Positions 1 to 11,818 of a stretch of DNA of 64,000 bases are shown here, one piece after another (position 1 is the stretch's first letter; the number at the start of each line of letters is the position of its first letter). The stretch covers positions 31,672,326 through 31,736,325 of the forward strand of contig NC_069002.1 in assembly GCF_001194135.2 (NCBI RefSeq), given 5' to 3'. The notes beneath the pieces are model-generated. The model ran no database searches. It had not been told where the DNA came from and saw only the letters and a program-made list of their open reading frames with translations. Source of the DNA: Octopus bimaculoides (taxonomy: Eukaryota). The translations under genes and the position numbers were made by a program.

Positions 1-183
1 AATAACCTAGTAAGACGGTGATTAGCAAAGATGCCAGAATGAACGTAAAGCTTAGTGCTATTTCTTCCATCTCTCAGAGCTGAGCTTCAAATTCTACCGA
101 ATTTGAATTTACTTTCATATGAGTTGATAATTAGATACCAGCTTAATACTGAGGGCAGGTCAATTCTCTTTCTCTCTTTCCAG

Positions 184-255
184 ATTATACCAGTAATTCT
201 AAAGGCTCAGTTTTGTTACAGTCTCGCACCAAATCAATCTGAGAATTTTCTTGAG
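184..255 (+). other. Candidate internal exon (72 nt), product unknown
   Basis: A pyrimidine tract ending ttctctttctctctttccag precedes 184 and GAG|gtacac follows 255. The phase-0 frame is open (IIPVILKAQFCYSLAPNQSENFLE). No homology recognised. Confidence 0.2.
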
Positions 256-281
256 GTACACTTGCCTGTCCGCCAATAGGT

Positions 282-660
282 CATGTCCTTGTGATGTGGT
301 GACTTGCATGCCTCATTGACCCGGAGACGCTCTGCCAGCAGCCTTCCCTCCCACCCCCAGTAGGGCCTTCCATGCTGGACAGAACAAGAGATAGAGGCTA
401 GACTAATATGGACCAGCTCTTCCCCGAGGTGAAAATGGGTTTGTGTAGGGCCAACGCTCCTAACTAGAAAACAAGCAAAACAACTAAATCAGTGATGACA
501 ATACAAAGCGAACAAGACCCTGGAGAGGAAGGCCCCACCCTTCTTGGGACCTGGAACCCACAAGAGAGATGGGTCCAACTGGAAGAAATAGCTCAGTCAA
601 GAACAGTATAGAAAAGTTGCTGATAGCTTATGCTCCACAGTGAAGTGAAAGGCTTAAGTA
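282..660 (+). mobile_element. Internally deleted (bipartite) RTE-clade non-LTR retrotransposon
   Basis: The 5' part resembles RTE 5' UTRs (ccttgtgatgtggtgacttgcatgcctcattgacccggag...). ATG 495 reads MTIQSEQDPGEEGPTLLGTWN (APE-like GTWN motif), joined to RWVQLEEIAQSRTV* (RTE ORF C-terminus-like WxxLExxAQxR). It ends in an RTE-type tail ttatgctcc...ggcttaagta. Confidence 0.6.
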
Positions 661-792
661 TATATACCTGTCTGTGGAATATTCAACCATATATAGGTTA
701 ATTTCATAAAAGAAAAAGAATTTAGTGGATTAAACAAGAGAAGCTTCATCACTGAAACTAATGGAAGATTCACCAAATAATCTGGTTTATAA

Positions 793-1100
793 TACAGATG
801 ATGGTTAATTGGCTTCATAGGATTACAGATGATGGTTAATTGGCTTCATAGGATTACAGATGATGGTTAAATGGTTTATAGGGTTCCAGGCATTGCTTAA
901 ATGGTTTATAAGATTAAATATAGTTAAAAGGTTTATAGGATTACAGACAATGGTTAAATGGCTTATAGGATTACAGATGATGGTTAAACGGTTTATAATG
1001 TCACTGATGATGGCTTAATGGGTTATAATAACACAGATGATGGGTTAAATGGTTTATACAGATGATTTGTTAAATGCTTTATGCAGATGATGGTTAAGCA
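793..1100. repeat. 31 bp minisatellite (tacagatgatggttaattggcttcataggat)
   Basis: Units start at 793, 824 and 855 (period 31). Later copies are increasingly degenerate. Confidence 0.85.
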
Positions 1101-1410
1101 ATTTAATCAAGACAAAGTGCGTAGTACCTTGGGTTGGTGCCATTTACCATAAACTTGGATCAACCCAAGCTTTCTGGGTAAAATTGAGTGGATGGAAACT
1201 GTATGGAAGCCTCTCAGATGGAATTCACCTGTTATTCAATAAGGATACCCCTGGCACACACACTATGTTACACTGATTTTGGCTGAGAATTCTATAAGGG
1301 TGTGAGTGTCTTTGGTGTACTCAGCCATGTAGACTAATTCCATCAGCAGGAAGCTCAGTTGATAGGATAACTGAAACACTCATTGGTGAACTTGATGGAG
1401 ACTCAGTTAC

Positions 1411-1412
<2 letters not shown>

Positions 1413-1449
<37 letters not shown>

Positions 1450-1617
1450 ATATGTTGGTTTGAGTGGGTGTGCTTGAGTTAGTGAGTGAGTGAGTGTCTG
1501 AGCGAGTGAGTGTCTGAGCGAGTGAGTGTCTGAGCGAGTGAGTGTCTGAGCGAGTGAGTGTCTGAGCGAGTGAGTGTCTGAGTGAGTGAGTGTCTGAGTG
1601 AGTGAGTGTCTGAGTGA
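1413..1617. repeat. (TG)n followed by a 16 bp tandem repeat (gagtgagtgtctgagc)n
   Basis: tgtctg recurs at 1511, 1527 and onward (period 16), about 8 copies. Confidence 0.9.
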
Positions 1618-2095
1618 GGGTGTTTGAGTATGAAATGTGTGTGTTTGAATATGTGTGCACATATGCATGTGTGTGTGTATGCTTGGGTTTGTGTATGTGT
1701 ATGTGCTTCTATGTGTGTGTGTGGTAAAGCCTGACCTTCACTCTCAGACGTTGCAATATTGAAACTATTTCCTCTGACTAAAAGACTAAATTCTTAACTG
1801 CTGAGCTTTGCTGAAATATTGCCAAGATAATGAGGAAAAGGTGGGTGAAGATGGTGGGGAGAAATGCAGAGAAGAGAGAGAGAGAGAAGATGGTAGATAT
1901 AAAAGAAGTCATTACACAGGAAGGAGGGAGAGGGAAAGAGAGAGAGAGAGAGAGACAAACAGAGAAAAACAAGGGAGAACCAAGTTCTGAAGAAGAAAAA
2001 CAATCTCACAATAAAGAATTTCTATTGAAACGAAATTTATCTAAGTTTAAAATCAAAAATATATTTCAAATTTCCTGACATTTGTTTTTCTTTTA

Positions 2096-2234
2096 TGATT
2101 ATTATTATTATTATTATTATTATTGTTATTATTGAGTGAGAGAGCAGTGCATGCCATCAAAGTGACACTGGGGTACAAATATATGAAGCCCATTATATCC
2201 ATCATGGCTACCAGTCTGATAAGGGTACACCAGG
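2096..2234 (-). mobile_element. 3' fragment of the unclassified (AAT)n-tailed element at 5061-5644
   Basis: Closely matches the reverse complement of about 5518-5644, including the (AAT)n tail. Confidence 0.75.
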
Positions 2235-2802
2235 GATTTGAGGGAGTTTTGACAGTTATTTCTAGGATACTGAATGACCATGCAGAACCTCCATCACTTA
2301 TGATCATGGTGGTAGTAGTACGGTGCAACTACTGCTTCTACTACTACAAATAATAATCCTTTCTAATTCAAGCACAAGGCCTGAAATTTAGAGGGGAGGG
2401 GTGCAATTACATCAACCCCCACCACAATTTTTTTTTTGCTTTGTAAAGTCTGGTACTCATTCTATTGGTCCCTTTTGCCAAACTTATAGGGTTGTAAACA
2501 CACAAACACCAGTTGTCAAGTGGTGGTCAAGGAAAAACGGACACACAAAGAGACCCCCCCACACACACACACATCAGGGGCATATATTCCAGGTGTGTTA
2601 GGTGTGCCCTAAACACCATTTGAAAATGGCAAATTAATTATAAATATTAACCTTAGTCATTAATTTAATCACAAATCTTAATGGAAAACCTATGTTATAC
2701 CCCTGCCAGAAATCTGGCAACAGTGGTTGTGGTAGCACACCCAATACAACCACCACGATACACCACTGAGATATATATATATATATGTATGTATATATAT
2801 AT

Positions 2803-3199
2803 CTGGCTTCTGTGCCAGTGGCACGTAAATAGCACCATTTGAGCGTAATCGTTACCAGCGTCGTCTTCCTGGCACTTATGCCAGTGGCACGTGAAAAAGA
2901 CATTCGAGCGAGGTCATTGCCAGTGCCGCCGGACTGGCTCCTGTGCAGGTGGCACATAAAATACACCATTTTGAGCATGGCCGTTGCCAGTACCTCCTGA
3001 CCGGCCTTTGTGCCAGTGGCACGTAAAAAAAGCACCCACTACACTCTGAGTGGTTGGCATTTAGGAAGGGCATCCAGCTGTAGAAACTCTGCCAGATGAG
3101 ATTGGTGCCTGGTGTAGCCACTAGGTTCGCCAGTCCCCAGTCAAATTGTCCAACCCATACTGGCATGGAAGGCGGACATTAAACGAAGATGATGATGAT
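2803..3199 (+). mobile_element. Family C retroposon 3' end (RTE-like), (GAT)n tail
   Basis: Internal repeats anchored on gtggcacgtaaaa, then aggaagggcatccagctgtagaaac...ccaacccat..gcatggaa..ggac.ttaaac(gat)n. The same sequence recurs at several other places in the window. Confidence 0.8.
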
Positions 3200-3224
3200 T
3201 TGTTAATATTTAGCAGATGTAACA

Positions 3225-3405
3225 GGGTGAGGGTTAGTTAAGTCAATTACATCAACCCCAGAGCACAACTGGTACTTATTGTATCGGCCCTGAAAGGATG
3301 AAAAATAAAGTCAACCTCAGCAGAACTTAGAACTCAGAACAAAAAGACGAAATTTCCTGCTCAGCATTTTGCCTGGCATTCTAGCAATTAAACCAGCTCA
3401 CCACC
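3225..3405 (-). mobile_element. SINE family B, diverged
   Basis: Reverse complement aligns to the copy at 12440-12656. Confidence 0.65.
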
Positions 3406-3862
3406 TTACCACCACCACCACCACCACCACTGGCAGTAGCTGCTATATCAGTAGTACTAATAGTAGTGGTGGTGATAGTAGTAACAGTTAAACCAACGGA
3501 AACAGTAAAACAGGAAGGACAATGACAACTCACAAAGGGAACCATTACATGGCTGCCCTGTAAGAGTCAAATGCTAGAAATAACAGCCAAATCTCACTGA
3601 TAATGTAATCCTTGTCAAGCAACCCAAAAGATGGGATGGTCATGTCTGGAACACCTTTGGTCCTATACTACTACTACTATAGCAGCCACTATCATTATTA
3701 GTAGCAGTTGTAGCATCAGTTGAAAGCCTCATAGATTTGACCTGGAGTTCAACAACAGCTGTTAGAGTGCAAATAGTAAAGCTGTTACACTAAAGGTCGC
3801 ACCATACATTGGTCTTCCTTTTCTCTCAAATGTATGCGTGTGTGTGTGCATTTTTGTCTTGT

Positions 3863-4241
3863 CTTTTACTTGTTTCAGTCATTTGACTGCGGCCATGCTG
3901 GAACACCGCCTTTAGTCGAGCAAATAGACCCCAGGACTTATTCTTTGTAAGCCTAGTACTTATTCTATCGGTCTCTTTTGCCAAAAAGCTAAGTTAAGGG
4001 GATGTAAACACACCAGCATCGGTTGTCAAGTGATGCTGGGGAGACAAACACAGACACACACACATATATACATATATACGACGGGCTTCTTTCAGTTTCC
4101 GTCTACCAAATCCACTCACAAGGCTTTGGTCGGCTTGGGTCTATAGTAGAAGACACTTGCCCAAGGTGCCATGTAGTGGGAATGAACCCGGAACCATGTG
4201 GTTGGTAAGCAAGCTACTTACCACACAGTCACTCCTGCGCC
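3863..4241 (-). mobile_element. tRNA-derived SINE family A, full length
   Basis: The minus strand starts ggcgcaggagtgactgtgtggtaag (A-box-like), with B-box-like gggttcattccc, CORE-like ccttgggcaagtgtctt, an internal TA/TG tract and the tail ...gactgaaacaagtaaaag. Confidence 0.85.
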
Positions 4242-4280
4242 TATTTGCTTATTCTTGTTATTATTCTTTTTTTATTTTTT

Positions 4281-4560
4281 AAAGCCTGGTACTAATTCTA
4301 TTGGTCTCTTTTACCGAACTGCTAAGTTACAGGAACATAAACACACCAACACCAGTTGTCAAGTGGTGATGGAGGACAAGCAGACACAAACACACAAACA
4401 CACACAAAGATACACACATACATACACACATCAGGCTTCTTTCAGTTTCTATTATCAAATCCACTCACAAGGCTTTGGTCGACCCGAAGCTAGAGTAGAA
4501 GATATTTGCCAAAGGTACCATGCAGTGGGACTGAACCCAGAACCATGTGATTGGGAGGTT
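4281..4560 (-). mobile_element. SINE family A, partial and diverged
   Basis: Aligns to the central part of the copy at 3863-4241. Confidence 0.75.
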
Positions 4561-5060
4561 TAGCAAAAAAATTTGATAGAATAAGGATCAAACTTTACAA
4601 AAAAAAACAAACAAAAACAAAATGTACTGGAGTTCATTTGTTCAACTAAATCCTTCAAGGTGGTGCCCCAGCATGGCCGTAGTCATATGACAAACAAATA
4701 AAAGATAAGAGAACTAAAAGCAACAGAAACCGTGCAGAGGAGGAAGGTTAACGGGTACAATAGGGGTTATCGTATCTCAGATGATAACATCTATAAGACT
4801 CCTGGTCCGATCTCTTGGGTACTGAGAGTCACAGCTGGGATATCACTTCCAGATATGAGTCAACAACAGAAGTTCTTGTTGTTGTTGTTTGACCTTAAAT
4901 CGGTTCTAATCCAACAGAACAGGATTTCAACTCAACACACAAGAAAAACCGGTACAAATGTTGCAAGGTTTTTTTTTTTTTTATTTCCTGGCATTCAACA
5001 GATCCTGTTAGCTCACTGCTTCCCTGCCCTGTATAATAATAATAATAATAATAATAATAA

Positions 5061-5644
5061 ATGCCCGGATGCAGTTCCAGGCAGTGACACTCATGGCTTC
5101 TGATCTCAACTGATTGGAAGTGCTATCATGTACATTGTTTTGTTTTGGTATAAAAAGATGGGCTACAGCAAATATTCTGCTCAATACCACAGATTTGAAT
5201 GTCAGTTGTTTGACCTTAACCAGTTGAGCATGTCCCTTGGTGGCTGACGATATGTGCATCTCTGATCACGAGCAGAAGTAGTGGGGGAGCATCATAGCCA
5301 TGTGTTGAGAAGAATTCTTTGGGGTTTGGATAATTCACCTTTGGAAACACGGGTGTTTTGCTCAACATCCTTAAACAAACCTTATTCAGGGACCTTTTGA
5401 GCGGGATGGGCTACTCGACCTGAAGAAAATTCTAACTGGCCCCCACCTGCGAGGTCACGCACTGTTAATCTTAAAATGAGATCACCATGTCGCGCACATA
5501 TGGTTATGATGCATGTGCCTGGTGTACCCTTATCAGACGGGTAGTCATGATGGGTATATTGGGCTTCATATATTTGTACCCCAGTGTGACTTTGATGGCA
5601 TGCAGAGCTCTCTCACTCAATAATAATAATAATAATAATAATAA
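5061..5644 (+). mobile_element. Unclassified ~580 bp interspersed element ending in (AAT)n
   Basis: Flanked by (AAT)n on both sides. The 3' end recurs inverted at 2096-2234. No meaningful ORF. Confidence 0.55.
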
Positions 5645-6430
5645 TCCTGTCTATAAAAGGCACAAAGCCAGAAATTTTTTGAGGGCGTTGAGCTAGTTGA
5701 CTACAACTCCAGTGCTCATTACACTTATCTGTCCATGTAAACAAAGAGAGGGCATTGACATACCAAAGAAGCAAAACTGCCTTGCTGTTTTTCTATCGTA
5801 TCACACCGTTTGTGATTCTGACTCAGTTTCTCTAAGGGGTCAAGTACGGGGGGAGATCTGACCTCACCACTTAGTCCCAAGTGGCTTCTCTGCCAACACG
5901 ATACTGGTCCAGCACGCGTCTCCCATTCACATGACATGATGCCAACACCAGCAGTCATCTTAACAGCAGCATACCTAAACTAATTCTGTTAAAGGCCATT
6001 CATGCTCTCAGTCTGCTTACGTTTCACTTGTTTCGTATTACATAACATTACATGTACAATTGATGACATTTAAATCATGTCTCTCTCCATCATCCACAGC
6101 TCATTGCCATCAGCACTGGGTTTAGACCTGGTGGAAACTCATGGGACAATAGGGTCTCTTGTGGGGGAGACCCTAACCCTACAATTTTGCTAATTAAAAA
6201 CTTAAGATAATAATGATGATCCCATTAAATCTAGAGTCCCCAAATAGTTTGAAGAGGCTCCTGAAACTTAAAAAGGGTCTTGGTAGGGTCAGAGGGAATC
6301 AGTTAAATTTAATGCCTTTTTAAATCTAAAAAGGGCCCAATAAATAAATAAAAAAGATACAATAAATATAAAAGGATTATTGGATTTTAAAAAATTTAAA
6401 CAAGTAAAAATAATTACAAATTATTTACTT

Positions 6431-6826
6431 GAGTGGCTGTGTGGTAAGTAGCTTGCTTACCAACCACATGGTTCTGGGTTCAGTCCCACTGCGTGGCACC
6501 TTGGGCAAGTGTCTTCTACTATAGCCTCGGGACGACCAAAGCCTTGTGGGTGGATATGGTAGGCGGAAACTGAAAGAAGCCCGTCATATATATGTATATG
6601 TATATATGTATGTGTACATGTTTGTGTGTCTGTGTTTGTCCCCCCAACGTCGCTTCACAACCGATGCTGGTGTGTTTATCTCCTTGTAACTTAGCAGTTC
6701 AGCAAAAGAGACCGATAGAATAAGTACTAGGCTTACAAAGATTAAGTCCTGGGGTCGATTTGCTCGACTAAAGGCGGTGCTCCAGCATGGCCACAGTCAA
6801 ATAACTGAAACAAGTAAAAGAGAGTA
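6431..6826 (+). mobile_element. SINE family A, full length
   Basis: gagtggctgtgtggtaagtagc...gggttcagtccc...ccttgggcaagtgtcttc... through the tail actgaaacaagtaaaag. Confidence 0.9.
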
Positions 6827-7349
6827 AAAAGAGGGAGAGAGATTGTTGTAAACATATTTAAAAAAAATTTTTAGCTTCAAGCTTAAGGTTTCCCAGAGTT
6901 AAAGGGGTCACTACTGCCCTGGTCCCTGATGGCTCGTATATAAACCCAGCTCTGACTACACAACACTGCACTGCACCCCATTACATGATGCTGTCAGCAC
7001 ACCACTAGGAAATAGTGGCATCTAGGTGATCTCTCAAACTGCTAGAAATAGCAGCCAAAACTCCTTTCAAATAACATCCTCTGAAAGAAGATGCATTGGA
7101 CAATGTGGAACTGGCAGCCCTGCAATGAGGAAATAAATAGGAAAGGTTGTGATGGATGGGTTAGGGTTAGGTTTAGGGTCATGATGGATGGATGTAGGTC
7201 CGACTTGGGACTAAATCACACATACATGCACATACCCTACAATATGCTATATCTGGTGCCCCAATGCTTGGGATCCCCAAGTTTGGAGCCTCCTGTGCCA
7301 GAGCTCATATTGGCCCATACATAAACCCAACCCTAATTACCATGTATTA

Positions 7350-7654
7350 CAGTAGTTCTCAACCAAGATCCATATGGCCCTTGAGGGTCCATGCAACAAA
7401 ATAGTAAATTAGGGATCCGCAATAATATTTTAAGGGCACCTGAAAATGCAAGAAACGGTGAGGTTTCTTCCTCTAACATTTTACATAGATCAACCTGTAC
7501 AAGTTGATGTGTGAAAAGGAAAATAGGGATTTTGAAAGATGTTTCTATAAAACTAGTTTTTAAACAACGAATTGCTGTGTGTGGGTGGGGGGGGTCTACC
7601 AGAATAAAACAGTAATCAAAAGGGTCCATGGATAAAAAAAAATAAACAACCACA
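7350..7654. mobile_element. hAT (Charlie-like) MITE, one terminus degraded
   Basis: Begins cagtagttctcaacc (hAT-type TIR) with subterminal gggtccatg motifs at both ends. The right TIR is degenerate and no TSD was seen. Confidence 0.5.
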
Positions 7655-7693
7655 TTATCAGAATCTCAAAGCTATGAGATCATGCATAATTCA

Positions 7694-7840
7694 CAGGGGC
7701 AGGCATGGCTGCGTGGTAAGAAGCTTGGTTCCAGGTTCAGTCCCACTACGTAGCACCTTGGGCAAGAGACTTCTATAGCCTGAGGCCGACCAAAGCCTTG
7801 TGAGTGGATTTGGTAGACAGAAACTGAAAGAAGCCCATCT

Positions 7841-7921
<81 letters not shown>

Positions 7922-8148
7922 ATATGTGTGTGTGTGTGTGTATGTGTGTGTTTGTTTCACCATCATTGTTTGACAACCGATGTTGGTGTGTTTACATCCC
8001 TGTAACCTAGCAGTTCGGCAAAAGAGAGTGATAGAACAAGTACTAAGCTTACAAAGAATAAGTTCTGGGGTTGATTTCTGTGACTAAAACCCTTCAACGT
8101 GGTGCTCCAGCATGACCACAATTAAATGACTGAAACATGTAAAAGAGT
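7694..8148 (+). mobile_element. SINE family A with expanded internal (TG)n
   Basis: Family A head and tail bracket about 110 bp of TA/TG repeat (7841-7950). Confidence 0.85.
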
Positions 8149-10309
8149 AATGTGAATAAATAAGCATTAGATTTGACCAATTAATCTGAATGCTAAAGGG
8201 TAAAAAAAAACGCATTTCCCGGATGTATGCAATGATGTTCCGTATTGGATGTGAGTCAGGGAATTGGAGAATCTGTGGACGGATCTCTTCAAGTCACACT
8301 CCCAGACTTTTGTGACAGAATGTAGCCAACCTATCTCCATCCACCTAAGACAGTTTCAGGTCTGTTGGATGTGTCATGTTAACTTATATGGGAAGCAGGG
8401 GAGATAGAGTACATGAAAGGAGAGTGGTTGAAGTAAGCATGAAACAAGTAGAATTACACTAGGAAGAGTTGGAGGGAGGGAATCGTCACCTGTGCTGAGG
8501 ATCCTGACTGGCCTCCGCAGGTGAGTGCGGAGGTTGTGTCGGATAAGGCCTTATGCACGGTGGTGAATTCCTTCCCCATCGGCGAATTAAGGTTTGCGGA
8601 GTGGCCTGACCCAGACCCATCATTGTGCTTGAGAGAAGCACTGAAGATGGTCGGGCGGTAAAATGTAAGAGGACGAGTGCCTCATATTGAAAGGGCTTGT
8701 GGCCCTGAAAAAGAAAAGTGTAAGAGGCAAATGCCTCAGTTCAAAGACATAATGTAACATGAAATTGTAAAGTAAGAGGTTTATAGCCTCAATTTGTAAA
8801 TTTGGGCAATTTATAAAAGAACACTGATTTAGAGAAGCAGAGTTCGGCGGGCAGCTTCTGTCTTCTCCCATTAATATCATCATGTTTATCATTCATCTCA
8901 TCTCATTAATGTGTTTGTCCAGCCCGCAGCTACTCATCTTTGTACTGCCCTCGTGGCAAATTGAAATGAAATAAAGTAGAAGACATGTGAGGTGCGAGGT
9001 AGAGTACATAGAAAGAGAATAGCAGAGTGTATGAGAGGAGGGAGAGGTAGAGTACAACAAAGGAGAGGGGTAGAAGCAAGTGAGTGACGAGAAGGTGAGT
9101 ACAGGCATGGAGACAGGTAGAGTACACATGAGGCAAGAGGGAGATTGAGAATTAAAGACAGCAGATGATCTGGGAAAGATGTGGCGATTGTGACATTACA
9201 TGGTAGTAAAACATGGAACATTTGTATTCCTAGTCATGGGTTAGAAGAACAGATATATATATCTATATCATTAGTGTAGGCATCATGTGGTGTGAATGGA
9301 TAATGCGTGCAGGGTGAAAGAAACGTCACATTGACAGTGGGAGGTACTTGAGAGAATGTGATGAGATCACATTAAAAGGATGCTTGACCTCCAAGATGAA
9401 GTGACTCAGAATCATGGCAAGTGGTACTTTTCTGTATGTGTAGCCAAACCCATCCAACCCATGCCAGGAAGGAAACCGGAGAGAAAGGAAATCTAGTCTG
9501 AATGAATTTAGCTAAAGACAATCAAGTGGGGGTGGTGGTGGTGGTGGTGGTGGTGGTTGTCATTTGACTGGGTGGTATCTTTTATCTCCTATCTTTTATT
9601 TATTTCAAATGTTTGTTTAGACTGTGGCCATGCTGGGGCACCACCTTGAAGAATTTTCAGTTGAATGAATCAATTCCAGTACTTATTCTAACGGTTCTTT
9701 TGCCAAACCGATAAGTTATGGGGATGTAAACACACCAACACTAGCTCTCAAGAGGGGACAAACACAAACCCACACGGAGTCGCATGGCCCAAATGGTGGT
9801 CTCATGAGCCATGTTTAGTATCCAGCGACTGGAAGGGTGAATAGTACAACCTATACTGTGTATCTCAATTGGTCAGGATTGGTTGCTCAGCCAAGTCGAA
9901 GGATGAATGAATGAGTTGGCCTGAAGTTATATGATAAGACTCTTACTGGCAGCGCCATAGAGTGGGACTGAACCCAAAACCATAAGGTTGAGCAAGAATT
10001 GTTTACACAGAAGTGTATCAAAATGGTAAAGCTGAGACGGCGCCTACATTTCCAACTTGGCTAACTGAAGATAAAATGATTATTCTTAAGTACAAACCAT
10101 TATCTCTGACTCAGTCTTAATTAATTTCCGGGATCTTCAAGGACCCTGCCAGGTCAATGCAGGTTGTGTTGACAGGATGTTCGCAATGTCAAGCAAGTGT
10201 TTGATTTAAAAAGAACCCTCAATTGTTCTGACAATGGAATACAGCTGACCATCACTGCAGAGAAAAGTTTTAACACCACCGCCACCACCACCGTCATACA
10301 GGGGAATGT

Positions 10310-10745
10310 TTGACTGGAGCACCACCTTAAAGGGTTTTAAAAGGTTTTAGTTGAAGAAATTGACCACAGGACTTATTCTTTGTAAATCTAGTACTTATTC
10401 TATCAGTCTCTTTTGCTGAACCGCTAAGTTACGGGGACGTAAACATACTGACATTGGTTGTCAAGCGATGGTGGGGTAACAAACACAGATACACAAACAT
10501 ATACATACATATATATATATAATTAATTATATGTATTTCTTCTATCTTAATGAATAATAATTCTTCGGATAGAATAAATGGGTTAATAGAAACCAATGTA
10601 GCAAATGCTTTCCCTGATGAGAAGGTTACAATGTTAATATCACAGATCCCTATGGATCACATAGGTTGTAATCCTTTGAAACATATGTAGGAATAAAGTA
10701 TGCAATTATAACATGCGTTTTCTCCATTCCTTAAATTTTTATATA

Positions 10746-10777
<32 letters not shown>

Positions 10778-10905
10778 CACAACGGGCTTCTTTCAGCTTC
10801 CGTCCACCAAATCCTTTCACAAGGCTTTGGCTGGCCCAAGACACTTGCCCAAAGTACCACGCAGTGAAACTGAACCCGGAACCATGTGGTTAGGAAGCAA
10901 GCTTG
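10310..10905 (-). mobile_element. SINE family A interrupted in its microsatellite by a ~220 bp insert
   Basis: Tail half at about 10310-10510 and head half at about 10782-10905. A foreign segment at 10521-10740 lies between (TA)n tracts. Confidence 0.75.
10610..10693 (+). ncRNA. Type I hammerhead ribozyme motif, probably from a Penelope-like element
   Basis: Stem I ttcc 10610-13 pairs with ggaa 10690-93. Core CTGATGA at 10614-20. Stem II gaaggttacaa pairs with ttgtaatccttt (about 11 bp, one bulge). GAA at 10678-80, palindromic stem III ACATATGT at 10681-88, cleavage triplet GUA ending at 10689. Confidence 0.8.
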
Positions 10906-11055
10906 TGCTTTACATGTCTGATTCCATCTATATATATATATATTTAATTGTTTTCACTGTTTTATAATGCTATTTTCTTTGTATCTTTTTGTTTCTATTT
11001 TTATCCATTTACATCCTTATGCCTACACAACAAAAATTACTTCACATGTAGAAAC

Positions 11056-11094
<39 letters not shown>

Positions 11095-11414
11095 GCAAGG
11101 ATGTGAGTGGATGTGTGTGTGTGTGTTTCCTTGTTGTGACTATAAATAAATGTCAAGGTCATCATGCGTTTGGCCATAGAGAAATATTGCCTTACTTGGG
11201 AAAAGATGAAGGTTATCAATGTTCGGCTGTAGAAAACCTGCGTCAATCAATTCTGACTGACCCACCCCAAACGTTGGGCCAAGTGGCTGTTAAAATCATG
11301 ACGATGATCATCATCATTATTATTTAATGTCTGTTTTCCATGCTGGTATGGGTTGGATGATTTGAGAGGAGCGATGACTGGCACCCATGCCAGTGGAGCG
11401 CTAACAGCACCGTC

Positions 11415-11818
11415 CGAGCGTGACCATTGCCAGAACAGCTGTCTGGCTTCCATGCCAATGGCACGTAAATAGCACCATTTGAGCGTGATCGTTACCAGTG
11501 TCGCCCTACTGGCAAGTGAAAAAACATTCGAGTGAGGTTGTTGCCAGTGCCGCTGGACTGGCTCCTGTGCAGGTGGCATGTAAAAAACACCATTTTGAGC
11601 GTGGCCGTTGCCAGTACCACCAGACTGGCCATCGTGCCGGTGACACGTAAAAGCACCTACTACACTCTTGGAGTGGTTGGCGTTAGGAAGGGCATCCAGC
11701 TGTAGAAACTCTGCCAAATCAGATTGGAGCCTGGTGCAGTCATCTGGTTCGCCAGTCCCTGTCAAATCGTCCAACCCATGCTAGCATGGAGAGTGGACGT
11801 TAAACGATGATGATGATG
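11415..11818 (+). mobile_element. Family C retroposon 3' end (RTE-like)
   Basis: Colinear with 2803-3199, with a (GAT)n tail. Confidence 0.8.

Noticed and set aside
8470-8660. GC-richer segment open on both strands, with a 7 bp hairpin (ctccgca/tgcggag)
   Set aside because: No recognisable domain or splice structure. It may be a retroelement fragment but I cannot support that.
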